A stretch of DNA of 64,000 nt, taken from Acidimicrobiales bacterium (GTDB taxonomy: Bacteria; Actinomycetota; Acidimicrobiia; Acidimicrobiales; CATQHL01). The notes under the pieces are model-generated. The model was not told the DNA's origin. It ran no database searches and saw nothing but the letters and a program-made list of their open reading frames with translations. Positions within the stretch are counted from its first letter, which is position 1. The number at the start of each line of letters is the position of its first letter. The DNA lies in assembly GCA_965206165.1 (NCBI GenBank), contig OZ242194.1, positions 1,775,451 to 1,839,450 on the forward strand. Reading direction: 5' to 3'. This document shows positions 46,127 to 55,808 of the stretch, in pieces. The translations under genes were made by a program, and so were the position numbers.

Positions 46127-47902
46127 CTACTCCGGCTCGATCATCACCACCAGATCACCGCCGCCGACCAGGTCCCCGGCAGCCACCCGCACCTCGCTGA
46201 CAGTGCCCCTGCAGCCGGCGAGAAGGTTGTTCTCCATCTTCATGGCCTCCAGCACCACAACCGGCTGGCCGGCCTCGACGGTGTCGCCGACGTCCACGAG
46301 CACCTTGATGACGGTGCCCTGCATGGGGGTGCGCACCTCGCCGCTGCCCCCGCCGGCACCGGCGCCGCCGCTGCTCGAGGAGGATCGCCGCGGCCGGCGG
46401 GCCCGGCCCAGGTCGGAGGTGGCCGCGGCCGTGGCCCCGGCGGGCATCCACAGCTTGACGGTGTAGCGCTTGGAGTTGACCTCCACGTCGATGGTGTGGT
46501 GCACCTTCTCGTCGCCGCCGACCAGCGCCAGTTCCTCGGCGACCTGCATCGGCATCAGCCCGCTGAGATCCAGTTCGTCGGTCACCCAGCGGGTGGAATG
46601 CGCCACAGCGGCGAAGTCGGGGTGCGAGAGGATGGCCTGGTCCGCCGGGATGGTGGTTGCGACGCCCTCCACCTGCATCTCCCCGAGGGCTCGCAGCGTG
46701 CGAGCGATGGTGGCGGGCCGGTCGGCGCCCCAGCAGATGAGCTTGCCGACGAGGTTGTCGTAGAGGGGGCTGATCTCGTCGCCCGCCTCGTAGCCGGTGT
46801 CGAAGCGGGTTCCGAAGCCGTCGGGGGTGACCAGTTTGGCGATCCGGCCCGGTGACGGCAGGAAGTGCCCCCCGGCGGGGTCCTCGGCGTTGATGCGCAC
46901 CTCGATGGCGTGGCCCCGTAGTTCGACGTCGCTCTGGCTGAAGCCGAGCGGCTCGCCGGCCGCAACCCGAATCTGCTGCTCCACGAGATCGAGCCCGCAG
47001 ATCATCTCGGTCACAGGGTGCTCCACCTGCAGGCGCGTGTTCATCTCGAGGTACCAGAAGGACTTGTCCTGGTACAGGAACTCGACGGTGCCGGCGTTGG
47101 TGTACCCGCAGCCTTTCGCCACCGTGACAGCGGCTTCGCCCATGGCAGCGGCGATGTCCGCCGGGATGTCCGGGGCGGGGGCCTCCTCGATGAGCTTCTG
47201 GTGGCGGCGTTGCGCCGAGCAGTCACGCGTGCCCAGGTAAAGGCAGTTCCCGTGGCTGTCGGCGAGGATCTGCACCTCCACGTGGCGGGGCCGGAGGAGG
47301 TAACGCTCCAGATACAACTCGTCGCGCCCGAAGTAGGCGAGGGCCTCCCGGCGGGCCGACTCCAGCGCAGAGTCGATCTCACCGGCGGCCTGCACCACTT
47401 TGAGCCCCCGACCGCCGCCCCCGTAGGCCGCTTTGACCGCAACCGGATAGCCGTGCTCGGCGGCGAAGTCGGCGACGTCGGCCGCGGTGTCCACCAGCGA
47501 CGATCCCGGCACGCTGTGCACCCCGACGACCTCTGCCGCCCGGCGGGCGGAGATCTTGTCGCCCATCACCTCGATGGCCTCCGGCGGCGGGCCGATGAAC
47601 GTCACCCCCCGCTCCACGATCCGCTGGGCGAAGTCGGCGTTCTCGCTGAAGAACCCATAGCCGGGGTGGACAGCCTCGGCGCCGCTGGCCTCGATGGCGG
47701 CGAGGATGGCGGGCGTGTTGAGGTAACTCTCCTCGCTGGACTGCCCGCCCAAGGCGTACGCCTCGTCGGCCAGGCGGACGTGGAGCGCGTCGCGGTCCGG
47801 TTCGGAGTAGACGGCGATCGCCCTGATGCCCATCTCCCGGCAGGTCCGGATCACCCGGACGGCGATCTCGCCCCGGTTGGCGATCAGCACCGAAGAAAAC
47901 AC
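46127..47902 (-). CDS. accA: Acyl-CoA carboxylase alpha subunit (biotin carboxylase plus BCCP)
   Basis: LIANRGEIAVRVIR, an ATP-grasp region, and the C-terminal biotinyl motif EAMKMEN. GTG 47902 is the chosen start, and the long upstream Pro/Arg-rich extension was rejected. Confidence 0.9.
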   Translation of the reverse strand: MFSSVLIANRGEIAVRVIRTCREMGIRAIAVYSEPDRDALHVRLADEAYALGGQSSEESYLNTPAILAAIEASGAEAVHPGYGFFSENADFAQRIVERGVTFIGPPPEAIEVMGDKISARRAAEVVGVHSVPGSSLVDTAADVADFAAEHGYPVAVKAAYGGGGRGLKVVQAAGEIDSALESARREALAYFGRDELYLERYLLRPRHVEVQILADSHGNCLYLGTRDCSAQRRHQKLIEEAPAPDIPADIAAAMGEAAVTVAKGCGYTNAGTVEFLYQDKSFWYLEMNTRLQVEHPVTEMICGLDLVEQQIRVAAGEPLGFSQSDVELRGHAIEVRINAEDPAGGHFLPSPGRIAKLVTPDGFGTRFDTGYEAGDEISPLYDNLVGKLICWGADRPATIARTLRALGEMQVEGVATTIPADQAILSHPDFAAVAHSTRWVTDELDLSGLMPMQVAEELALVGGDEKVHHTIDVEVNSKRYTVKLWMPAGATAAATSDLGRARRPRRSSSSSGGAGAGGGSGEVRTPMQGTVIKVLVDVGDTVEAGQPVVVLEAMKMENNLLAGCRGTVSEVRVAAGDLVGGGDLVVMIEPE

Positions 47903-47973
47903 GCCATATCGTGCCAGATCGTGGCCCCGAATACGCCGACACGCCCGCTGGGTGACCCCGGAGGTGTTCGAGG

Positions 47974-48954
47974 GTGACGCCGGAGGAGGTGCGCGACCTG
48001 CTCGAGGGGACGGTCTTCGGGCCTGTCCGCTGCGTGGAGAGCACCGGTTCCACCAACGCTGATCTGCTGGCGGCCGCCCGGTCAGGTGCGCCGGAGGGCG
48101 CGGTCCTGGTGGCCGATCACCAGACGGCGGGTCGGGGTCGTCGGGGCAGGTCGTGGGTGGCGCCTGCGGGCTCGGCACTGCTGGCCTCGGTGTTGCTGCG
48201 TCCCCGCTGGGAGACCGGCCGCGTGGCCCTGCTGTCGCCTGCCACGGCATTGGCGGTGCGCGACGCCTGCGCGTCCTACGGCGCGACGGTGGAGCTCAAG
48301 TGGCCCAACGACGTGGTCGCGCCTCTGGGTCCGGGCGCGGGCGAGACCGAACCGGGTGGTGAGTGCGAGCCCGCGGTCGGGGGTGGGCCACCAGGAGCTG
48401 TCGGGGGTCCTGACGGGGGTGTGCGCTGCGGCGAGGCGAAGCTGGCGGGTGTTCTGGCGGAGTTCGATTCCGGCGGCTCGGCCCCGGCGGTCGTGGTGGG
48501 CTTCGGGGTGAACGTGCTGGCGCACGAGGGCCTGACAATGGCCATCGCAGCAGCCCACCGAGAGGACTCCGAAGCGGCCGGCGTCGGGTGGGATGGCGAA
48601 ACGACCGGCGTGGGGATGGTCGGAGAGAGCGCCGGCATGCTGCCGCCGGTGGCGCTGGCAGAACTCGCCTCCCAACAGGTGGATCGCAACGAACTGCTGG
48701 TCGCTGTGCTGCTGCGCCTCGATGCGTGGTATCGCCGCCTCGAGGAGCCGCAGGGGGCGCCGGACCTGCTGCCCGAACTCCGCCGCCACTCCGCCACCCT
48801 CGGGCGGCACGTGCGGGTGCAGACGCCGGGAGGCGTCGTCGTGGGTCGCGCCGCCGACTTCACTTCGCAGGGCCATCTCGTCGTCGCCACGGCCGCAGGG
48901 TCGGTCACCGTCGCCGCCGGCGACTGTCACCATCTACGACCCGACTCCTCGTGA
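47974..48954 (+). CDS. birA: Biotin--[acetyl-CoA-carboxylase] ligase with Gly-rich insertions
   Basis: GSTNADLL, HQTAGRGRRGRSW, LKWPNDV and KLAGVL. It is divergent from accA. Extra low-complexity segments interrupt the catalytic core. Confidence 0.85.
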   Translation: MTPEEVRDLLEGTVFGPVRCVESTGSTNADLLAAARSGAPEGAVLVADHQTAGRGRRGRSWVAPAGSALLASVLLRPRWETGRVALLSPATALAVRDACASYGATVELKWPNDVVAPLGPGAGETEPGGECEPAVGGGPPGAVGGPDGGVRCGEAKLAGVLAEFDSGGSAPAVVVGFGVNVLAHEGLTMAIAAAHREDSEAAGVGWDGETTGVGMVGESAGMLPPVALAELASQQVDRNELLVAVLLRLDAWYRRLEEPQGAPDLLPELRRHSATLGRHVRVQTPGGVVVGRAADFTSQGHLVVATAAGSVTVAAGDCHHLRPDSS

Positions 48955-49165
48955 TCTGCGGCCCGGTCCCTCCGGGCGGCGGGTGACCGGAATTGTCGTT
49001 CCCGCGAGCGCCGGACCCCAGGGGTCGGCGCCGCGGCCGCACGAGTGGATTCCGGCTTTCGCCGGAATGACATTCAACGAGAGTGGCGGTGATTATGCCG
49101 GTCTGCCCTCCCGTGCATGACTACGATCAGACAGAGTCACGTCGGTCCAACTTGGGAGGACGACT

Positions 49166-50035
49166 ATGAACGACGAAATCTCCAACGAACAGGAAGAACA
49201 GGGCGTCGCAGAGGAGGCGGCATCCAACGGAGGGGGGGAACGCCTCGTTTCATTCGCCATGCCACCGACGGATCGTCTGCTGGTCTGGCTCGGCGGGATC
49301 GCCATGGTTCTCGCTGCGATGTTGAGTTGGATCGAGGTGGCTCCTGAGGCCTTCCCGAACTTCGCCGGCGTCGGGGCGGGCGGTGGCGGTACCGGTCTGA
49401 TTGTGCTGCTGGTCGGTCTGTCCCTTCTGGTGTGCCGCAAGCAGACCCGGACAATGGTCGGTCTCACACTCGGGGCCTTTCTGGCGTCGCTCATAGCGGT
49501 CCTGAATCTGGTCGGAGAGGATGATGGAATCGGCATGGGCGCCGGTGCCTGGGTGGCGATGGTTGGGGCCGCCATCGCCTTGGCGGGCTCCGGCATCTCG
49601 ATGACCGATCCGAAGAACCGGCCGAGTCTTCGGATCACCCTGGTCTTGGCGCCGGCCCTGGGTGCCGTCCTGGCGGGTGTCGCATCCTTCGCCCTCGACT
49701 GGGGTGTCGGTCTGAGCGACTCCTTCGTCACGGGCGGTTTCGACGGTGCGGGAACCGGAGGCGGGACCTTCATCGTGGGCAGAATGGGAATCCCGATCCT
49801 CGTTCTGGCAGTGCTCGGCCTGGTGTCGCTGCTGGGCACGGCGACTTCCACCGCTTCGGCGAGCGCCAAGCGGGCGTTCACCCTGATGTTGGAGGTCGCT
49901 GGTGTTGGCATCGGGGTCATGGCAGCGGCGAGCGTTGCCGGATCCTTGCTGACTCCCTACGTCGCGATGGGATCGGGACCGATCGTGGCCCTGGTCGGCG
50001 GCACTCTGATGGCCCGGTCGGTGAAACCTGCCTGA
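49166..50035 (+). CDS. Hypothetical polytopic membrane protein
   Basis: The ATG follows GGGAGG. An acidic N-terminus is followed by about 7 Gly/Ala/Leu-rich TM helices. Confidence 0.6.
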   Translation: MNDEISNEQEEQGVAEEAASNGGGERLVSFAMPPTDRLLVWLGGIAMVLAAMLSWIEVAPEAFPNFAGVGAGGGGTGLIVLLVGLSLLVCRKQTRTMVGLTLGAFLASLIAVLNLVGEDDGIGMGAGAWVAMVGAAIALAGSGISMTDPKNRPSLRITLVLAPALGAVLAGVASFALDWGVGLSDSFVTGGFDGAGTGGGTFIVGRMGIPILVLAVLGLVSLLGTATSTASASAKRAFTLMLEVAGVGIGVMAAASVAGSLLTPYVAMGSGPIVALVGGTLMARSVKPA

Positions 50036-50059
50036 GGGCGCAGTGACCCCAACTCGATA

Positions 50060-50551
50060 ATGGTGCCGTTCGACTCCACCGAGTTCCGGCGCGTCCTGGG
50101 GCACTTCCCCACCGGCGTCACGGTGGTGACGGCCATCGACGGAGGTGTGCCCGTGGGCCTCGCCATCGGGTCGTTCGGCTCGGTCTCGCTGGACCCGCCC
50201 CTGGTCATGTTCTGCCCCGGCAGGACATCGAACAGCTGGCCGGCCATCGAGCGCAGCGGCAGTTTCTGCGTCAACGTCCTGGGGGACGACCAGGCCGCTC
50301 TCAGCTCGCTGTTCGCCGGCAGGGAGCCCGACAAGTTCGCAGGTGTCACGTGGAGTACCCGTGCGACGGGCTCGCCGGTCATCGACGGGTGCGTCGCCTG
50401 GATCGACTGCACCATCGAGACCTTCCACGAGGCAGGCGACCACTGGATCGTGCTGGGCCGGGTGGCCGACCTGGGCGTCGGCCGTCCCGAAGCCGGACCG
50501 CTGATTTTCTTCAAGGGCGGCTACGACAGAGTCATGTCGCCGGCCGACTGA
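50060..50551 (+). CDS. Flavin reductase family protein (HpaC/NADH:FMN oxidoreductase-like)
   Basis: FRRVLGHFPTGVTVVT, SFGSVSLDPPLV and NVLGDDQ. Confidence 0.85.
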   Translation: MVPFDSTEFRRVLGHFPTGVTVVTAIDGGVPVGLAIGSFGSVSLDPPLVMFCPGRTSNSWPAIERSGSFCVNVLGDDQAALSSLFAGREPDKFAGVTWSTRATGSPVIDGCVAWIDCTIETFHEAGDHWIVLGRVADLGVGRPEAGPLIFFKGGYDRVMSPAD

Positions 50552-50576
50552 ATCCCACCTACAGCAGGAGGAACCC

Positions 50577-51095
50577 ATGGCCGTCTATGCCCTCGGCGAC
50601 CTGGTGCCGCGCATCCATCCCGACGCCTACGTCCATCCCGAGGCCACCGTCATCGGCGATGTCACCATCGGCGCCGGCTCCACGATCTGGCCGCAGGCGG
50701 TCCTGCGTGGCGACGCCGGGGCGATCATTGTCGGCGAACGCAGCTCGATCCAGGACGGCGCCGTCATCCATAGCGACCCGGTGTGCCCGACGATGATCGG
50801 CAACGACTGCACCGTCGGGCACTTGGTCCACTTGGAGGCCTGCACGATGCGCGACGGATCGCTGGCCGGCGTCGGCTCGATAATCCGTCATCGGGTCGTC
50901 GTCGGGGAGGGCGCGCTCGTGGGTGCGGGAGCGGTCGTGCTCGATGGTACGGAGATCCCACCGGCCGCGCTGGCGATCGGCGTGCCCGCGAAGATTCGCC
51001 CCGGCGCCGCCGCCGGCGCCATGCTGACCGAAGCGGCGGCGAGCTACGCTAGGCGTGGCCCGACGTACCGGGCTGAACTGCGGCGACTGGACTGA
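50577..51095 (+). CDS. Gamma-carbonic anhydrase / LbH (PaaY-YrdA) family protein
   Basis: Hexapeptide repeats, and IHPDAYVHPEATVIGDVTIGAGSTIWPQAVLRGD. Confidence 0.85.
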   Translation: MAVYALGDLVPRIHPDAYVHPEATVIGDVTIGAGSTIWPQAVLRGDAGAIIVGERSSIQDGAVIHSDPVCPTMIGNDCTVGHLVHLEACTMRDGSLAGVGSIIRHRVVVGEGALVGAGAVVLDGTEIPPAALAIGVPAKIRPGAAAGAMLTEAAASYARRGPTYRAELRRLD

Positions 51096-51209
51096 TCGAC
51101 GGGTCGACTTTGGCTCGACCGTGGACCGGGAGGCTGACCTGCGGGTAGACTGGGGCCACGGAGTGCCTCGCGACAGGGGTGGAGCCCACCTCCAGGATCG
51201 GAGGACCAA

Positions 51210-52616
51210 ATGACCACGACCAGCAACATCGGTGTCGATCTCAGCAACTACGCCCTCGGTTGGAGCGACGAGGAGGACTACGTCTTCAAGCCGCGCCGGG
51301 GCCTCGACAGTGACCTCGTGCGTGAGATGTCGTTCATGAAGAAAGAACCGCAGTGGATGCTGGACTTTCGCATGAAGTCCCTGAACCGCTTCGAGCGTCG
51401 ACCCATGCCGAGTTGGGGCGGCGACCTCGACGGCATCGACTTCGACAACATCTTCTATTACATCAAGCCCACCGAGGAGCAGGTCAGCGAGTGGGACGAC
51501 GTCCCTGAGTCGATCAAGAACACCTACGAGAAGCTCGGCATCCCTCAGGCGGAGCGCAAGTACCTCGCCGGGGTGACCGCCCAGTACGAGTCCGAGGTGG
51601 TCTACCACCGCAACCGGGACGACCTCGAGGCCCAGGGCGTCATCTTCAGCGACATGGGTACGGCGGTGCAGGAACATCCCGACCTGGTGCGCAAGTACTT
51701 CGGGCGGATCATCCCCCCCAACGACAACAAGTTCTCGGCGCTCAACTCGACGGTCTGGTCGGGCGGGTCGTTCATCTACGTGCCGCCGGGCGTGAGCGTG
51801 GAGTTGCCGCTGCAGGCCTACTTCCGCATCAATGCCGAGAACATGGGGCAGTTCGAGCGCACCCTGATCATCGCCGACAAGGGCTCGCAGGTGCACTACA
51901 TCGAGGGCTGCTCCGCCCCGGTGTACACCACCGACTCGCTGCACTCCGCAGTCGTGGAGATCGCGGTGGGCGAGGGCGCCCGCGTCACCTACACGACCAT
52001 CCAGAACTGGTCCAACAACGTCTACAACCTGGTCACCAAGCGGGCCAGGGTGGAGGCCGAGGGCCACATGGAGTGGATTGACGGCAACATCGGCAGCCGG
52101 CTCACCATGAAGTACCCGGCTGTGGTGATGGTTGGGCCGAAGGCCTCGGGCGAGGTGCTGTCGGTGGCCTACGCGGGGCCGGGCCAGCATCAGGACGCCG
52201 GGGCCAAGATGACCCACGCCGCCCCCGAGACCACCTCCAAGATCGTCTCCAAGTCCATCTCCAAGGACGGCGGGCGGACCAGCTACCGCGGCTTGGTGCG
52301 GGTGGAGCCCGATGCCACCGGCTGCAAGAGCCACGTGCAGTGCGACGCTCTGATTCTCGACGAGGACAGCGTCTCCGACACCTACCCCTACATGGAGGTG
52401 GGTTCGCAGGACGCGGTCATCGGCCACGAGGCCACGGTGTCGAAGGTTGCCGACGAGCAACTCTTCTACCTGATGAGCCGCGGGCTGAGCGAGGAACAGG
52501 CCATGGGCATGATCGTCAATGGCTTCATCGAGCCGGTGACCCGCACGCTGCCCATGGAGTACGCCGTGGAGTGGAGCCGCCTCATCGAACTGCAGATGGA
52601 GGGCTCGGTCGGCTGA
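51210..52616 (+). CDS. sufB: Fe-S cluster assembly protein SufB
   Basis: 468 aa, with long stretches typical of SufB ([31 protein letters not shown]). Confidence 0.95.
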   Translation: MTTTSNIGVDLSNYALGWSDEEDYVFKPRRGLDSDLVREMSFMKKEPQWMLDFRMKSLNRFERRPMPSWGGDLDGIDFDNIFYYIKPTEEQVSEWDDVPESIKNTYEKLGIPQAERKYLAGVTAQYESEVVYHRNRDDLEAQGVIFSDMGTAVQEHPDLVRKYFGRIIPPNDNKFSALNSTVWSGGSFIYVPPGVSVELPLQAYFRINAENMGQFERTLIIADKGSQVHYIEGCSAPVYTTDSLHSAVVEIAVGEGARVTYTTIQNWSNNVYNLVTKRARVEAEGHMEWIDGNIGSRLTMKYPAVVMVGPKASGEVLSVAYAGPGQHQDAGAKMTHAAPETTSKIVSKSISKDGGRTSYRGLVRVEPDATGCKSHVQCDALILDEDSVSDTYPYMEVGSQDAVIGHEATVSKVADEQLFYLMSRGLSEEQAMGMIVNGFIEPVTRTLPMEYAVEWSRLIELQMEGSVG

Positions 52617-52710
52617 ACCCGGGGCCCCGGTGGCCGGGGCTGCCGAGATCGCCATCCCGATCGGCGGGGCCTACCGGCGCTCGGGCCGTCACCCGTAGAA
52701 TGGGCATGCC

Positions 52711-53082
52711 ATGCCGATGCGTCAGGACTGCAAGTACTTCGAGAGCCGTACGTACCCCAACGGCGACACCGTTCGCAAGTGCGATCTCGATCTTGCCCCT
52801 GAGGCCCCGTGGCGCTGCCCGGAGAACTGCGAGATGTACACCCGCCGGCGCGCTGACGTGAACTGGTCGTACGGAACCCTCGTGACGCCGAAGACTCCCG
52901 ACGAGCCGGCCTCCCTGGGAACCGACGATTCCATCGCCGCCCTGCTCGACGAGGCCGAGGACGTCGTGAACCAGGCCGGGCGCGAGATCATGGCCGACCT
53001 GGAAAAGGAGAAACGGCGCTTCGGCGGTCGCCTGCGCCGCACCGGGCGCCGCCGCGGGCGCAACCGCGGCGGGCACGGCTAG
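52711..53082 (+). CDS. Small Cys-rich hypothetical protein inserted between sufB and sufD
   Basis: 123 aa with high-GC3 codons. Four Cys lie in the first 40 aa (C7, C24, C36-x3-C40). An acidic middle is followed by an Arg/Gly-rich tail. TAGAAT lies 9 nt upstream of the ATG. Confidence 0.6.
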   Translation: MPMRQDCKYFESRTYPNGDTVRKCDLDLAPEAPWRCPENCEMYTRRRADVNWSYGTLVTPKTPDEPASLGTDDSIAALLDEAEDVVNQAGREIMADLEKEKRRFGGRLRRTGRRRGRNRGGHG

Positions 53083-53095
53083 CCGGCGGGTCTCG

Positions 53096-54439
53096 ATGCC
53101 GGACCTCCCCGACTCGTTCTCCGTCGCGCACGCGGTCGCCCTGCCGGGGGCCGACTGGCTGCAGCAGCGGCGCGTGAGCGCCGCCGAGGCCTTCCGGGAG
53201 ATGCCGTTGCCGACCGCTGCCGAGGAGGAGTGGCGCTACAGCCCGGTCGGCGAACTGCACCTCGAGACTTACCACCCCGCGCCCGGAGCCCCGGTCGCGG
53301 GGTCCAACGGCGGCCGGGACGCTGGCGCAGCCGGCACCGGAACTCTGGCCCCGACCGATTCCGGCGCCGATGACCTCCTCGGCTCGCTGCGAGGCCGCCT
53401 GGGCTCGCTGAGCGCCCTCGTGGTGACGTGCGACGGGCAACTCGTCAGCACCGAGATCGCTCCGGCGGCGGCAGCCGCCGGTCTGGCGGTGCGCATGCTC
53501 GCCGACGAACCGGTGCCGAGCGGTGGTCTGGGCGATGTGCTTGCGGAGCCGGCGGACGCGTTCGGACTGATGGCCGACGCCTTCTGCACCGCGCCCCTCG
53601 TGGTGGAGATTCCCGCCGGGGTGCGCCTGGTCGATCCCGTCGCCGTCGTGAACGTCGTGCGGGCGCCTGGGATGGCGATCTTCCCGCGCTTGGCGGTTGT
53701 GATCGGCGATGGCGCGGAGGCGCAGGTGGTCAACGCTTTCGTCTCCGGCGAGGCGGAATGCTTCGTCGCAGCGGTGGCCGAGATTGCCGTCGGCCCCGCC
53801 GCCCGCCTCCAGTACCTCACGCTGCAGGAGCTCGGGCCGCGTACGGTGGGTATCGACCAGACAGCGGCGGCGGTGGCGTCCCAGGGGCATCTCGCCATCG
53901 GAGTCGCTGCCGTGGGAGGTGCCTACGCCCGGTGCAGGGTCGACTGCACGTTGTCGGGACGGGGTGCCACCGGCGACATCTCCGCCATGTACTTCGGGGA
54001 CCGCGACCAGGTGCTGGACTTCCGCACCTTCCAGAACCACGTCGCTCCCGACACCAATAGCAACCTGCTCTTCGTGGGTGCCGTGGACGACCGGGCACGC
54101 TCCGTCTATACGGGCCTCATCAGGGTCGGGCTCGACGCCCGGGGCACCGACGCCCAGCAGACCAACCGCATTCTGAAGCTCTCCGAGGGCGTGTGGGCCG
54201 ATTCGGTGCCCAACTTGGAGATCGAGAACAACGACGTGCGGTGCGCTCATGCCAGCTCTGTCGGGCCGATCGACGAGGATCATCGCTTCTACCTCGAGAG
54301 CCGGGGTGTACCGCCCGACGTGGCGGAGCGTCTCATCGTGGAGGGTTTCTTCGGTGAGGCGCAGAGCCGTCTGCCCGTACAGGCCGTAGCGGCCGGTTTC
54401 GGCGAGTTGGTCCGGGCCAAGATCGGCTCCGACCGATGA
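53096..54439 (+). CDS. sufD: Fe-S cluster assembly protein SufD
   Basis: 447 aa. The C-terminal beta-helix region resembles SufB/D (HVAPDTNSN, RCAHASSVGPIDEDHRFYLESRG). Confidence 0.88.
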   Translation: MPDLPDSFSVAHAVALPGADWLQQRRVSAAEAFREMPLPTAAEEEWRYSPVGELHLETYHPAPGAPVAGSNGGRDAGAAGTGTLAPTDSGADDLLGSLRGRLGSLSALVVTCDGQLVSTEIAPAAAAAGLAVRMLADEPVPSGGLGDVLAEPADAFGLMADAFCTAPLVVEIPAGVRLVDPVAVVNVVRAPGMAIFPRLAVVIGDGAEAQVVNAFVSGEAECFVAAVAEIAVGPAARLQYLTLQELGPRTVGIDQTAAAVASQGHLAIGVAAVGGAYARCRVDCTLSGRGATGDISAMYFGDRDQVLDFRTFQNHVAPDTNSNLLFVGAVDDRARSVYTGLIRVGLDARGTDAQQTNRILKLSEGVWADSVPNLEIENNDVRCAHASSVGPIDEDHRFYLESRGVPPDVAERLIVEGFFGEAQSRLPVQAVAAGFGELVRAKIGSDR

Positions 54440-54534
54440 TGGGCAAGTTGCGGAGAGGTTTTGGGCGTGGCCGGGCATCGGAGTCCGCCCGCGAGGCGGC
54501 CCCGACCCGGATGACCGACGGGGGAGAGTTGGCG

Positions 54535-54870
54535 ATGAGTACGGAGAACACCGGCCCGGTGCGGTTGTGCGGGCGGGAGGACGTGGCGCCCGGTGAGGCT
54601 CGCTGCTTCGAGGTGGCGGGGCGGCGTGTCGCCGTCGCTCATGTCGCCGACGAGTTCTTCGCCATCGATGACACGTGCAGCCATGCCGACTACTCGCTCA
54701 GCGAGGGCGACGTGGATGTCGACGAATGTGCTCTGGAGTGCTCCGCCCACGGCAGTCTGTTCGATCTTCGCACCGGCGACGCCCTCACCCTTCCGGCCGT
54801 CAGCCCGGTGGCTGCCCACGAGGTGACGGTGACGGACGAGGGTGTCTTCGTCACGTTGCGCGGCCGGTAA
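54535..54870 (+). CDS. Rieske [2Fe-2S] ferredoxin-like protein
   Basis: The ATG at 54535 follows GGGGGAGAG. The motifs are CSHADYSL and CSAHGSLF. A Rieske gene between sufD and sufC is a known actinobacterial arrangement. Confidence 0.85.
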   Translation: MSTENTGPVRLCGREDVAPGEARCFEVAGRRVAVAHVADEFFAIDDTCSHADYSLSEGDVDVDECALECSAHGSLFDLRTGDALTLPAVSPVAAHEVTVTDEGVFVTLRGR

Positions 54871-54882
54871 AGAGGTGCGACT

Positions 54883-55656
54883 GTGAGCGAGCTGGTCGTT
54901 GAGGGTCTGCGGGCGAACGCGGGGAACGAGGCGATCCTGCACGGCGTGAACCTTCGGGTGGGCGCCGGCGAGGTGCATGCCGTGATGGGCCCGAACGGTT
55001 GCGGCAAGTCCACGCTCGCACACGTGCTGGCGGGCCGCCGCGGCTACACCGTCGTCGCCGGACAGGCGATGCTCGGCGGTCGCGACCTACTGGCGCTGAC
55101 GCCCTTCGAGCGCGCCCAAGCAGGGCTGTTCCTGGCCATGCAGTACCCGACCGAGGTGCCCGGCGTGAACCTGACCGACGTGCTGGCGGCCGCGCTACGG
55201 GCCGGGGGCCGCGACCTGGCAGCCGATGGTCTCGTCGACCTGCTGGGTGCCGAGGCCGAGCGTCTCGGCGTGCCGACCGCGCTGCTGGAGCGCTCGATCA
55301 ACGTGGATCTCTCAGGTGGGGAGCAGAAGCGGGGTGAGGCGCTGCAGCTGGCCGTGCTGCGTCCCCGCATCGCCGTGCTGGACGAGATCGATTCGGGATT
55401 GGACATCGACGCGCTTCGGGCCGTGAGCCGCCGCATCGAGCTGGCCACCACTGAGGGACTCGGCGTGCTGGCGATCACCCACTACACGCGCCTGCTGCAC
55501 GAACTGCATGCCGACCGGGTGCACATCATGATCCGCGGCCAGATCGTTACCTCTGGCGGTCCCGAGTTGGCCGACGAACTGGAACGCACCGGCTACGAGC
55601 TATGGGACCGCCCTGCCCCTGCCGAGGTGTCGGTGACGTTCGGTCGCCGCTTCTAG
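54883..55656 (+). CDS. sufC: Fe-S cluster assembly ATPase SufC (copy 1, diverged)
   Basis: Walker A GPNGCGKST, signature LSGGEQKR, Walker B AVLDEIDSGLD. Confidence 0.92.
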   Translation: MSELVVEGLRANAGNEAILHGVNLRVGAGEVHAVMGPNGCGKSTLAHVLAGRRGYTVVAGQAMLGGRDLLALTPFERAQAGLFLAMQYPTEVPGVNLTDVLAAALRAGGRDLAADGLVDLLGAEAERLGVPTALLERSINVDLSGGEQKRGEALQLAVLRPRIAVLDEIDSGLDIDALRAVSRRIELATTEGLGVLAITHYTRLLHELHADRVHIMIRGQIVTSGGPELADELERTGYELWDRPAPAEVSVTFGRRF

Positions 55657-55717
55657 CCGGCGCCGATATTCCCGGAACCGGCTGATTCTCCTGACGCCTC
55701 TCTGAACGACTCGTGAA

Positions 55718-55764
55718 CTATCGGGGCACGTGGCTGAGCCGCAGGCACGCACGTGCCCCGATAG
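55718..55764 (+). terminator. Perfect 15-bp inverted repeat downstream of sufC (putative terminator)
   Basis: CTATCGGGGCACGTG (55718-55732) pairs with CACGTGCCCCGATAG (55750-55764). An A/T-rich tract follows. Confidence 0.55.
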
Positions 55765-55808
55765 CTATATATCTATGTATCTAGACAACTAGATGATTTT
55801 ATACACAT

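Noticed and set aside
54883-55656. The two sufC genes, 54883..55656 and 63550..63999, might be an assembly duplication.
   Set aside because: The two proteins differ substantially in sequence, for example LSGGEQKRGEALQLAVL versus FSGGEKKRNEILQMAIL. They are true paralogs, not a collapsed or duplicated repeat.
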